Source of the DNA: an uncultured Planctomycetota bacterium
GTDB taxonomy: Bacteria; Planctomycetota; PLA2; JAEUHO01
DNA length: 64,000 bases
Direction of reading: 5' to 3'
Assembly: GCA_963752285.1 (NCBI GenBank)
Contig: CAVVXN010000005.1
Location: 1,501,742-1,565,741, forward strand
In this document: one piece after another, positions 16,294 through 24,214 of the stretch
How positions within the stretch are numbered: the first letter of the stretch is position 1
Layout: the number at the start of each line of letters is the position of its first letter
Position numbers and translations under genes: made by a program
Notes under the pieces: generated by a model
Seen by the model: the letters and a program-made list of their open reading frames with translations, nothing else
What the model was told of the DNA's origin: nothing
The model's database searches: none

Positions 16294-18146
16294 CTGCCCT
16301 CCTCCAGGCCCGGCGCCGCGCCCTCGTCGAGGGCCCGCCCGTCCAGATAGGCGAGACTTCGCTCGAGGATCTGGCGCGCCGCCGGCGCGGCGACGCTCCC
16401 GCCGTAGGGCTTGACCCCGGTCACGGGGTCCGGCGCTTCGCGATCGACCTGGGCCATGACGAGTACCGCGAGCCGGGGACGGTCGCGAGGCGCGAACCCG
16501 GCGAACCCGGCGATCTGCCAGGTTGTCCTCTGGATCTCCGCGGTGCCCGTCTTCCCCGCGACCTCGATGTCCGCGCCCTCGAACGCCTCGTGGGCGGTGC
16601 CGTCCTCCACCGTGTCGGCGAGTCCCTGCCGAACGAGCGCGAGGTCCTGCGGGCGACGGCACACGGGCGGAAGGTCCCGGCGCCCGCCGCCGTGCCCGGG
16701 GAGGAGGGTGGGACGGACGACGCGCGCGTCGTCGCGGGCCAGCGCCGCGAAGATGGAGAGGAGACGGAGGGGCGAGATCGCGAAGCCCTGCCCGAACGCG
16801 AACCCGAGCGTCGGGAAGAGCGGGTTCCTCGAGGACGTGTCCACCGTCACGGGCTCGGAACGCGAGAGCTCGATGCCGGTCGGGCCCGAGAAGCCGAGGT
16901 CCTCGAACAGGGCGAACGCGGCGGCGGGGTCCCGGTCGGCCGCCGGCGTGCCGTCCGGCCGGAGCGCCATGAGCCGCCAGAGGAGCTCGGAGACGCCGAC
17001 GTTGCTCGAGTGGCCGATGATGCGGACGACCGTGCCCGCGCCGTCGTCCTCGCCGTTCGCGTGGACGTCGTGCACCAGGCGAGACGCGCCGTGCCACTCG
17101 AAGCGTTTCTCGGCCGGCAGGTCGATGCGCTCGTCTCGTCCGACCACGCCGAGGCCCAAGGCACGCGCGGCGACGAGCGGCTTGAAGATCGAGCCGGGCG
17201 GCCAGGTGCCGGTGACCGCGACGTCGAAGCCACGGCCCGACGCACCGGCGTGCCGGTTCGCCATCGCCAACACCTCGCCCGAGCCGGGGACGAGGACGAT
17301 CGCCGTGGCCGCGCGCGGCGACCACCGCGACTGGAGCTCGTCGAGCGCGGACTCGACGTAGTGCTGCACGACGACGTCGAGCGTCAGGCGGACGTCGCGC
17401 CCCTCCACGAGGAGCGGATCGACCGCGAGCGCGGAGCGGAACGTCGGCGACGTGCCGCCCGAGTGCGCGACCGGCACGGTCATCCGGCCACCCCGGAGCG
17501 CGGCGTCGAGCGAACGCTCGAGACCCCCGCCGGCGCGGCCCCGCTCGGCCGACGGCGCCAGCCCGAGCACGTCGATCGCGTAGTCGCCGTTCGGGTACGT
17601 CCGACGTTCCCCCACCGACACCTTGAGCCCCTTCAGGTCGGCGGCGAGCGTCTCGGTGAACGTCGTGAGCCCGAGGAGCACGGAGACGACGCGTTCGTCC
17701 TCGATCTCGTAGCGGAGCGGACGGTGCCGGCACCCCGCCGGCGCGGACCGGATGGCGGCCGCGATCGAACGCCCGCCGTCGTCGTCGTCGAGCACGAGGG
17801 CGAGCCGGCGCGCGAACGCCTCGGGGTCGCCCAACAGCGAGGGGTCCACGGCCACGGAGAGCACGCGGCGGCTCGACGCGAGCACGCGACCGCGCCGGTC
17901 GAGGAGGCGACCACGGAGGCCGCGGAACGTGACGCGCGCGTCGTGCCCGTGCGCCGCGGCGTGGCGCCACGTGGCCGCGTCCACGAGCTGGAGCTTCCCG
18001 AGGCGGCCGAGGAGCACCAGGAAGAGCACGAGCAGCGCGCCGAAGACGAAGTTCATCCGGAACCGCTGGACGGCCTCCAGGTTGCGCCGCATCTGCCCGA
18101 CCGGCACGCTCCGCGGGAGTCGGGGCGTGGTCTTCTGCGCGCTCAC
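16290..18146 (-). CDS. ftsI: Class B penicillin-binding protein (FtsI-type D,D-transpeptidase)
   Basis: 618 aa with an N-terminal TM. SxxK (GSIFKP), SxN (HSSNVG) and KTG (AGKTGTAE). In the dcw position. Confidence 0.85.
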   Translation of the reverse strand: MSAQKTTPRLPRSVPVGQMRRNLEAVQRFRMNFVFGALLVLFLVLLGRLGKLQLVDAATWRHAAAHGHDARVTFRGLRGRLLDRRGRVLASSRRVLSVAVDPSLLGDPEAFARRLALVLDDDDGGRSIAAAIRSAPAGCRHRPLRYEIEDERVVSVLLGLTTFTETLAADLKGLKVSVGERRTYPNGDYAIDVLGLAPSAERGRAGGGLERSLDAALRGGRMTVPVAHSGGTSPTFRSALAVDPLLVEGRDVRLTLDVVVQHYVESALDELQSRWSPRAATAIVLVPGSGEVLAMANRHAGASGRGFDVAVTGTWPPGSIFKPLVAARALGLGVVGRDERIDLPAEKRFEWHGASRLVHDVHANGEDDGAGTVVRIIGHSSNVGVSELLWRLMALRPDGTPAADRDPAAAFALFEDLGFSGPTGIELSRSEPVTVDTSSRNPLFPTLGFAFGQGFAISPLRLLSIFAALARDDARVVRPTLLPGHGGGRRDLPPVCRRPQDLALVRQGLADTVEDGTAHEAFEGADIEVAGKTGTAEIQRTTWQIAGFAGFAPRDRPRLAVLVMAQVDREAPDPVTGVKPYGGSVAAPAARQILERSLAYLDGRALDEGAAPGLEEGR

Positions 18147-18442
18147 TCGCCCTCCCCCCCGCGCGCGGCATCGGTTCCCGTCTCGGCGGTCGCCCTGGGG
18201 GCGACGTCGGGGTCCGGCTCCCCCCGGAGTCGGCGGTCGCGCTCCTCGAGGAGGGTCCGCGGCGACAGCTCGGTCGCGAGGCGCGCCTCGGCCTCCCGGA
18301 CCTGCTTCGCGAGACCGTCGCGGCGGCGCATCTCGTCCCAGACCTGCTGTTCGAGGCGTCGGAGCTCGCCCTGCTGCCGGACGCCGACCAGCACCGTCCC
18401 CACGACGGCCAGCAACACGGCCATGGACGTCAACGTCCGCAT
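18143..18442 (-). CDS. ftsL: FtsL-like small bitopic division protein
   Basis: 99 aa, one TM (MAVLLAVVGTVLVGV) followed by a charged coiled-coil-like region. Lies between rsmH and ftsI and overlaps the ftsI start by 4 nt. Assigned by position and architecture only. Confidence 0.5.
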   Translation of the reverse strand: MRTLTSMAVLLAVVGTVLVGVRQQGELRRLEQQVWDEMRRRDGLAKQVREAEARLATELSPRTLLEERDRRLRGEPDPDVAPRATAETGTDAARGGEGE

Positions 18443-18452
18443 GCGCTCCTCG

Positions 18453-19391
18453 TCACGCTCCCTCGCCCTCGGCCACCGACTCCAACCGTTCGAACGCCCT
18501 CAGCCGCGCCGGCCGCGCCCGCCGGTTTCGGCGCACCTCGGCGTCGCTCGGCCGGAGCGGCTTCTTCGTCCTGACCCGCCCCCATCCCCGCCGTCCCGCC
18601 TCGCGGAACGCCTCCTTCACGATCCGGTCTTCCAACCGGTGGAAGGAGATCGCGACGACCCGCCCGCCGGGCGCCACCTCGGCGAGCGCCGCGGCGACCC
18701 CTCGCTCCACGTGGAGGAGCTCGTCGTTCACGGCGATCCTGAGCGCCTGGAAGCTCCGCGTGGCCGGGTCGTGCCGCCCGGTCCTGAGCGCGGCGCGTCG
18801 GACGACCTCGGCGAGCGTCCCCGCGTCGGCGATCGGCCGCGCGCGAACGATCGCGCGCGCCACCGCACGGGCGCGGGGCTCCTCGCCGTAGCGGTGGAGC
18901 AGCTCGGCGAGCGCCTCCACCTCCAGGTGGTTCACGAGATCCAGAGCGGTGGGCCCCTCCGCGGTCGGGTCGAAGCGCATGTCGGCGCCTTCCCCCGCGC
19001 GCTGGAACGAGAACCCCCGCGCCGGGTCGTCGAGCTGGAACGACGAGAGGCCCAGGTCGAGGAGCACGCCGTCGGGCGCCGACGCCCCCTCGCGCCGCAG
19101 GACCTCCGCGAGGTCCGCGTACGACGCGTGGACGAGGCGCACCCGCGCACCGAAGCGCGCGAGGACCTCCCCGGCGAGCACCAGCGCCCGCGGGTCCCGG
19201 TCGATGCCGAGGAGCTCCGCGCCGACGGTCCGGTCGAGGATGGCGGCGGCGTGCCCGCCGAGCCCGACCGTCCCGTCCACGACGAGCCGCGGCCGCCCGG
19301 CCGGCAGGTCCCCGAGGAGGTGCTCGAGCACCTCCTCCACCATGACGGGTCGATGGATGGGTTGAGAAAGATCGTCCCGGGCCGGGGCCAT
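18453..19391 (-). CDS. rsmH: 16S rRNA (cytosine1402-N4)-methyltransferase
   Basis: 312 aa, HRPVMVEEVLE, DGTVGLGGH, DLGLSSFQLD, RSFQALRIAVNDEL, ISFHRLEDRIVK. These are RsmH/MraW motifs. Confidence 0.95.
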   Translation of the reverse strand: MAPARDDLSQPIHRPVMVEEVLEHLLGDLPAGRPRLVVDGTVGLGGHAAAILDRTVGAELLGIDRDPRALVLAGEVLARFGARVRLVHASYADLAEVLRREGASAPDGVLLDLGLSSFQLDDPARGFSFQRAGEGADMRFDPTAEGPTALDLVNHLEVEALAELLHRYGEEPRARAVARAIVRARPIADAGTLAEVVRRAALRTGRHDPATRSFQALRIAVNDELLHVERGVAAALAEVAPGGRVVAISFHRLEDRIVKEAFREAGRRGWGRVRTKKPLRPSDAEVRRNRRARPARLRAFERLESVAEGEGA

Positions 19392-19406
19392 CCCGGCTCG
19401 GCCCCC

Positions 19407-19832
19407 CTAGCCCTGCTCCCCCGCGGCAGGCGGGCGGAGCGCGGCGGCGAGCCGTTCCTCCCACGCCGGGGGGTCCCAGAGCTCGAGGTAGGTGTTCATT
19501 CCCGCGATGCGGACCTGGCCCGACGGGAAGTGGGCGAGGAATCGCTTCGGCAGGGTGATCCGTCCGGGCCCCTTGAGCTCCACCTCCTCCGCGTTCTGGA
19601 AGAAGAGGCGGCGCTGGTCCTGGGAGCCCTCGAAGCGGTTGGGGACCTGGGAGCTCGCCAGCGCCTCGTAGACGTGGGCCGGATAGGCCTCGAGGCACGG
19701 AGCGTCCACGCTCGGGACGAGGTAGAGGCGCCCCTCGGACTCCGCCTGGATGCGGTGCGCGAAGGTGGCGGGGACGACCAGTCGGTCCTTTCCGTCGATC
19801 CGATGGTCGCGATAGCCCGTGAGCGGTGTCAT
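19407..19832 (-). CDS. mraZ: Transcriptional regulator MraZ
   Basis: In-frame ATG at 19832 preceded by AGGAG (5-nt spacer). 141 aa, IDGKDRLVVPATF ... GPGRITLPKRF... This is the duplicated SpoVT/AbrB-like MraZ pattern. Confidence 0.85.
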   Translation of the reverse strand: MTPLTGYRDHRIDGKDRLVVPATFAHRIQAESEGRLYLVPSVDAPCLEAYPAHVYEALASSQVPNRFEGSQDQRRLFFQNAEEVELKGPGRITLPKRFLAHFPSGQVRIAGMNTYLELWDPPAWEERLAAALRPPAAGEQG

Positions 19833-20060
19833 CGGACTCCTGCCCGCCTCTCTGGTCCCGTGCGACAGAAGATTACACTTTGTGACACCTCGTGCAACCG
19901 GCAATTCAGCGTCTCGACACGCCGTCGTAAGTATCTGCCACACAATCACTTGTGAATGCGAACGGATACGATACACAACCGTGCGTGACACCCAGATTCG
20001 TGTGGAATCGCTGTGGAGCGAAGCCGCAAGTCGCGAGGCGACAACGGGTTGCGAGGGCGG
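19833..20060 (-). promoter_or_regulatory. AT-enriched mraZ/dcw control region with repeated CAC..GTG motifs
   Basis: Hand counts give 31/60 and 29/60 G+C for lines 19861 and 19921, against about 42/60 in a coding line. GTGACAC occurs at 19882-19888 and 19985-19991. CACTTTGTG lies at 19876-19884, CACTTGTG at 19947-19954, and TGTGGA occurs twice at 20001 and 20012. The mraZ sense strand reads TTGCAC-16 nt-TAATCT, a possible promoter. Confidence 0.4.
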
Positions 20061-20246
20061 CACGACCGTCGGGTCACGCAGCGCCCCGCGGGCCCGCGCC
20101 GGGTGGGCCCGAGGCGGCCCGCGGCTTCGCCGGGGCCGACGCGGAGCGTGCGGGCGACCGGCCGGCGGCGCGTCGGCGCCGGCGCGCGCTCGGCCGGTGT
20201 TCGGCCTCCCTCCCCCGCCGCCGTACCATCCCGACCCCGCGCGCGC

Positions 20247-20354
20247 GAGGACGGTCACGCCCTGGAGGGTCGGACGGCCCGAACCGGGTCAGGTCCGGAA
20301 GGAAGCAGCCCTAAGGGTTCGACCCGACGTCTCCCGGTCCCCGTGACCGTCCTC
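20247..20354 (+). ncRNA. ffs: Signal recognition particle RNA (small/4.5S type)
   Basis: Contains the conserved helix-8 sequence GGTCAGGTCCGGAAGGAAGCAGCC (20286-20310). It is closed by a perfect 13-bp helix, gaggacggtcacg (20247-20259) with cgtgaccgtcctc (20342-20354). Ends are approximate. Confidence 0.85.
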
Positions 20355-20357
20355 CCG

Positions 20358-20465
20358 GGCGCGGGGCGCTGAGGGGCCAGTTCGCGGCCCTTCCTCCTCC
20401 TTGCGTGCATTCGCACGCGGCGTCGTCGTCATGGCCACTCCTTTGGCCCCTCAGCGCCCCGCGCC
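20358..20465 (+). repeat. Palindromic ~100-nt module, copy 2 (21-bp terminal stem)
   Basis: 20358-20378 is complementary to 20445-20465. The core 20366-20457 equals the reverse complement of 3357-3448, except for a compensated A-T to G-C pair in the stem. Starts 4 nt after the SRP RNA closing helix. Confidence 0.85.
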
Positions 20466-20485
20466 GCGCGTGGGGTGGGGCGGGG

Positions 20486-20729
20486 GCTCGCGGCTTCGGC
20501 CTTCGGCCTTGCCGCGTCGCGGGGTGGGCGGGCGGCTCGCGGCTTCGGCCTTCGGCCTTGCCGCGTCGCGGGGTGGGCGCGGGGCTCGCGGCTTCGGCCT
20601 TCGGCCTTGCCGCGTCGCGGGGCCGGCGCGGGGCTCGCGGCTTCGGCCTTCGGCCTTGCCGCGTCGCGGGGTGGGCGGGGGCTCGCGGCTTCGGCCTTCG
20701 GCCTTGCCGCGTCGCGGGGCGGGGGCGGG
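20486..20729 (+). repeat. Tandem array, 5 units of 48-49 nt
   Basis: Units (gctcgcggcttcggccttcggccttgccgcgtcgcgggg plus a 9-10-nt variable G-rich tail) start at 20486, 20535, 20584, 20633 and 20681. Related to the reverse complement of the 2697-3330 units. A G-rich tail follows to 20750. Confidence 0.9.
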
Positions 20730-20750
20730 GCGGGGGGGCGGGAGTGGGGG

Positions 20751-21197
20751 TTAGTCGCGAACGAGGTTGGGCGTGCCGTCTTTTCGCGCTTTGAAGATCC
20801 GGGTGCGGATCTCCATCACGCGGCCCTTGACGCGCGGGTGCTCTTGGAGGACGGCCTCGGTCTTTTGGAAGAAGGTCGGGCGGAGTTCTCGGATCTTGGG
20901 GAGGTGTTCCTCGACCACGGCGTACGTGAAGAGGCCTTCGTCGCAGGCGTCGAGGTAGACGTCGGGGTGCAGCATCCCGCGCACGACGAAGGACGCCGCG
21001 AGCTCCCAGTAGCCGACGACCTGCCGCAGGTACGCGTTCTGCGGGTGGTCGTGGGCCAGGATCGGCTGGATCTCCTCCCAGCTCTTGAGGAAGAGCTGGT
21101 TCGCGACCATGTCGCGCGCCTCGCGCAGGCGCGCCTCGCGTCGCAGCTCGTAGAGCTTCATCGCGATCCACGCGTCGCGCATGCCGGGTCGTCGCAT
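20751..21197 (-). CDS. Hypothetical protein (helical, conserved-looking; family not identified)
   Basis: 148-aa ORF with normal amino-acid composition (MKLYELRREARLREARDMVANQLFLKSWEEIQPIL...YWELAASFVVRGML...). The start could be Met1, Met6 or Met13. Confidence 0.6.
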   Translation of the reverse strand: MRRPGMRDAWIAMKLYELRREARLREARDMVANQLFLKSWEEIQPILAHDHPQNAYLRQVVGYWELAASFVVRGMLHPDVYLDACDEGLFTYAVVEEHLPKIRELRPTFFQKTEAVLQEHPRVKGRVMEIRTRIFKARKDGTPNLVRD

Positions 21198-21346
21198 CGC
21201 CGTTCCTCCGGTCTCTCGGCTCAGGGCATCCTAGCCCGGATGACCCATGAGGCACGCGGCGTGCTCGACGGAAGCGTCGGTGCAAGCCCGAGTTGCGATC
21301 GCGAGAAGATCACGCCTCCGCCTACAGGCGCGTGATGTACGAGGGT

Positions 21347-22402
21347 TCATGAGTTATGCGGGCTGGGCGTCGAGCACTCGCCGGCGAGCTGTGCCAGCCC
21401 CTCGGGCGGACCGACGGCCACCAGCACGTCGCCCGGCTCGAGCTCGAGCTCGGGGTCGGGGTTGTACCGTACGTTGTCCTCGCGGGTCTTCACCACCGCC
21501 ACCACGGTCACGCCGTAGCGCTGCCGGATCGTCGTGTCGCGGAGCCGCTGGTGCACGAGCGGGCTCCCCGCGCGGACCGGGATCTCCTCGAGTCGGACCT
21601 TCACGCCGTGCGCGCTGTCGAGGAACTCGGCCAGGTGCGGCCGCGCGACCCGACGCGCCATGTTCACGGCGCCGATCGTGTACGGCGACACGACGTAGTT
21701 CGCGCCGGCGGCCTTCAGCTTGGACTCCGCGGACGGGTCGCGCGCCATCGTGATCACCGGGACGTCGCGACGGATCTCCTGCGCGGTGAGGGCGACGTAC
21801 ACGTTCGCCGCGTCCGAGTCGAGCGTGCTGATCACCGCGCGCGCGTGGTGGATGCCGGCCTGCACGAGGCTCGTGTCCTCGGTCGCGTCCGCCTGGAGGG
21901 CCAGGTGGCCCGACGACTCGGCCTGCGAGACCTTGTCCGCGTCGGTCTCGAGGATCGCGTGGTCGAGGCCGTCCTTGTCGAGCTCCGCCGCCACGAGCTG
22001 CCCGAACCGGCCGAACCCGCAGACGATCACGTGATTTCGAAGCGCTCTGATGTCGCGTTCCATGCGCCGCCGTCCGATCGCCTCGCGCAGACGCCCCTCG
22101 ACGAGGAACGCGGCGAGGAAGGAGAGGGTCACGACGAAGAGGCCGACCCCGACCGTCAGGAAGAAGAGGTTGAAGAGTCGGCCGCCGAGGCTGTGCGTGA
22201 GGTCCTGGTACCCCACGGTGCTCAGCGTGATCATCGTCTGGTAGAGCGCGTCGAGCGGGCCGAGGCCCTCGAAGACGACGTAGCCGACGGTGCCGAGCGG
22301 CACCAGCAGCACGACGACCAAGAGCAGGTTCGTCGGCTTGCGGGCGAAGAGCCACTCCAGCCAGCGCCCGCCCTTGTGTGACTTCGACCTCGCCGCCGCC
22401 AT
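21347..22402 (-). CDS. Two-TM potassium-channel-like protein with RCK (TrkA-N/TrkA-C) gating domains
   Basis: 351 aa. Pore region TLSTVGYQD between two TM helices, then a Rossmann-type VIVCGFGRFGQ and a C-terminal TrkA-C-like segment. MthK/Kch architecture. Confidence 0.85.
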   Translation of the reverse strand: MAAARSKSHKGGRWLEWLFARKPTNLLLVVVLLVPLGTVGYVVFEGLGPLDALYQTMITLSTVGYQDLTHSLGGRLFNLFFLTVGVGLFVVTLSFLAAFLVEGRLREAIGRRRMERDIRALRNHVIVCGFGRFGQLVAAELDKDGLDHAILETDADKVSQAESSGHLALQADATEDTSLVQAGIHHARAVISTLDSDAANVYVALTAQEIRRDVPVITMARDPSAESKLKAAGANYVVSPYTIGAVNMARRVARPHLAEFLDSAHGVKVRLEEIPVRAGSPLVHQRLRDTTIRQRYGVTVVAVVKTREDNVRYNPDPELELEPGDVLVAVGPPEGLAQLAGECSTPSPHNS

Positions 22403-22480
22403 GCAGGGTCAGTATCGCCGCGCCGGACCGCGGGCGATAGACGGAGGGATCGGCGCGGCCCGCGCCGGCGGCGTAGAGGG

Positions 22481-22572
22481 TGGCGGAGAGGACAGGATTC
22501 GAACCTGCGGTACGGCGTGAACCGTACACGTGCTTTCCAAGCACGCGCCTTCGACCGCTCGGCCACCTCTCC
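22481..22572 (-). tRNA. tRNA-Ser (anticodon GGA), class II with long variable arm, CCA encoded
   Basis: The minus strand reads GGAGAGGTGGCCGAGCGGTCGAAGGCGCGTGCTTGGAAAGCACGTGTACGGTTCACGCCGTACCGCAGGTTCGAATCCTGTCCTCTCCGCCA. Acceptor stem GGAGAGG/CCTCTCC, T-loop GGTTCGAATCC, anticodon loop TTGGAAA. Confidence 0.92.
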
Positions 22573-22626
22573 GCACGGGTTGGGGCGGAGAGGATAGCGC
22601 CGCCTCCGGCCCGCGCCCGCTCCCGG

Positions 22627-22644
22627 CCGGGGGGTGCCCCCCGG
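22627..22644 (-). terminator. GC hairpin immediately after the lipoprotein gene stop
   Basis: ccgggggg (22627-22634) pairs with ccccccgg (22637-22644) around a 2-nt loop, abutting the stop at 22645. There is no U-tract. Confidence 0.3.
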
Positions 22645-24153
22645 TCACGGACCGCGTCGGAAGATGCCCGAGCCCGCTCCACTGACGGGCGCGCGGTAGA
22701 GGATCACGCCGCTGGCCGTCGTGGAGCGCCAGGCGGGGTCGTTCGCGAACGTGTCGCCTCCGCCCGGGATCGTGTAGCCCGCGCGGGCGGTGGTGTAGAT
22801 CCCCACCCCCCGGAGCTCCCAGAAGAGGCCCGTCTCCCCGCTCGGCTGGAGGAGGTTCGAGAAGGCCAGGTTCCCCCCCGCCGACGCGTCCACGAGCCCC
22901 TCGACGTTGAGGCCCGGGAAGATCGGGCCGAACGACTGGCTGTCCCCGCCGGGCGCCGGACGGCCGTCGAACACGGGCAGACCGAGCGTCACGGCCGTCG
23001 TCGAGAAGTCGATCGCCTCGAGCGAGAACACGGCGAAGGAGGCGGGCGCGCCGAGGAGCGAGGCCTGGAACAGCGGGTGGGCCGCGCCGCGCTGGTTCCG
23101 GAGCCACGCGAGCGACCCCAGCGTCTCGTTGGCCAGCGACTCGAGGTCGCCCTGGCGCGCGACGCGGTAGTCGGGCTGCCCGGGGATCCCGTAGAGGAGG
23201 TAGTCGTCACCGCCGTCGGAGACCGCCTCGTAGAGCACCGTGGTCGTCGAGGACCCCGGATACACCAGCAGGGGCTGGAACGCGGGGAGGCTCGCGAGCA
23301 CGTCGGGCGGGAGGAGGTCGTCGCCCTCGGCCGCCACCTCCCCGAAGGTGAAGCTCCCGACGGTCCCCGTGTAGATGCCGAGGGTGGCCCCGATGTCGGT
23401 GCGCTCTGCGATGAAGGCGAAGACGGTCCCGGACGCGTCCACGTCGGCCGCGTACACGCTCGCGACGTTCAGCGCGCCGGGCAGCGGGTCGCCGGTGCCG
23501 ACGAGGCGGGCGAGGCCCGTCCCGTCCGCGTTCACCCGCCAGAACGCGCTCTCGAGCACGTCGGTCGCGCCCTCGAAGAACACGCCCGTCACCGCGCCGA
23601 GGTGGATCGCGCGCGCCTCGAACGAGACGAGCGTGCCCGAGATCGACGTGGAGGACATGTCGGTCCCGGTGTAGATCGCGCCGTGGACCTCGGTGGCGAC
23701 GCCCGTGTCCACGCGCGCCGTCACGAGTCCCGCGTCGGCCGTCACGCTCCCGTTCACGTCCACGAGCGCAAGCACGACGCCGGTCGAGTTGATCCAGACG
23801 TGCCGGATCGGGCCGATCGACCCGACGCCGAGGTCGGGGGCGGGATCGCCCTGTGCGAACACGCGGATCAACGCGCCCGCGGGGCTCGCGGCGTACGCCA
23901 CGTCGCCGAGCCCCGTGGTCGGCGCGACGAACACCGACCAGCCTCCGTCCGCCACCGCCATGGGCGGCGCGGTGGGGAACGCGCCGAAGAGCCCCGCGCC
24001 GCCGGGCGCGGTGGCGCCCTCGAGCGCCAGCGTCCGTCCGACGCCGGGCTGGGCCGGCGTGTTCGACGAGGAGGAGCCGCCGCCACCGCACCCGACGAGC
24101 GGGGCGACGACCAGAGCGACGAACCCGACGAGCGAGATCCGGACGACGCGCAT
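22645..24153 (-). CDS. Lipoprotein with repeated beta-strand-rich units (function unknown)
   Basis: 502 aa. Signal peptide plus lipobox LVGC followed by a GGGGSSSS linker. Recurrent (D/N)xxGxx(x)AF-like segments (DASGTVFAF, AGGNLAF) suggest a repeat/propeller fold. Confidence 0.65.
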   Translation of the reverse strand: MRVVRISLVGFVALVVAPLVGCGGGGSSSSNTPAQPGVGRTLALEGATAPGGAGLFGAFPTAPPMAVADGGWSVFVAPTTGLGDVAYAASPAGALIRVFAQGDPAPDLGVGSIGPIRHVWINSTGVVLALVDVNGSVTADAGLVTARVDTGVATEVHGAIYTGTDMSSTSISGTLVSFEARAIHLGAVTGVFFEGATDVLESAFWRVNADGTGLARLVGTGDPLPGALNVASVYAADVDASGTVFAFIAERTDIGATLGIYTGTVGSFTFGEVAAEGDDLLPPDVLASLPAFQPLLVYPGSSTTTVLYEAVSDGGDDYLLYGIPGQPDYRVARQGDLESLANETLGSLAWLRNQRGAAHPLFQASLLGAPASFAVFSLEAIDFSTTAVTLGLPVFDGRPAPGGDSQSFGPIFPGLNVEGLVDASAGGNLAFSNLLQPSGETGLFWELRGVGIYTTARAGYTIPGGGDTFANDPAWRSTTASGVILYRAPVSGAGSGIFRRGP

Positions 24154-24214
24154 GGGGACCCTCCCGAGCCGAGCGGGCGGTTCTACCCCCGGCCACCGGG
24201 CCGGACGAGCGCGG

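Noticed and set aside
20235-20366. A longer SRP RNA (about 130 nt) using ccccgcgc/gcgcgggg as an outer helix.
   Set aside because: It requires a 4x4 internal mismatch, and its 3' strand is also the 5' strand of the repeat-module stem. The 108-nt version closed by a perfect 13-bp helix is the conservative call, and the ends remain approximate.
20751-22572. A genomic island or mobile-element insertion next to ffs and tRNA-Ser.
   Set aside because: There is no integrase, transposase or direct repeat of the tRNA or ffs 3' end. The genes between them (hypothetical protein, K+ channel) look chromosomal.
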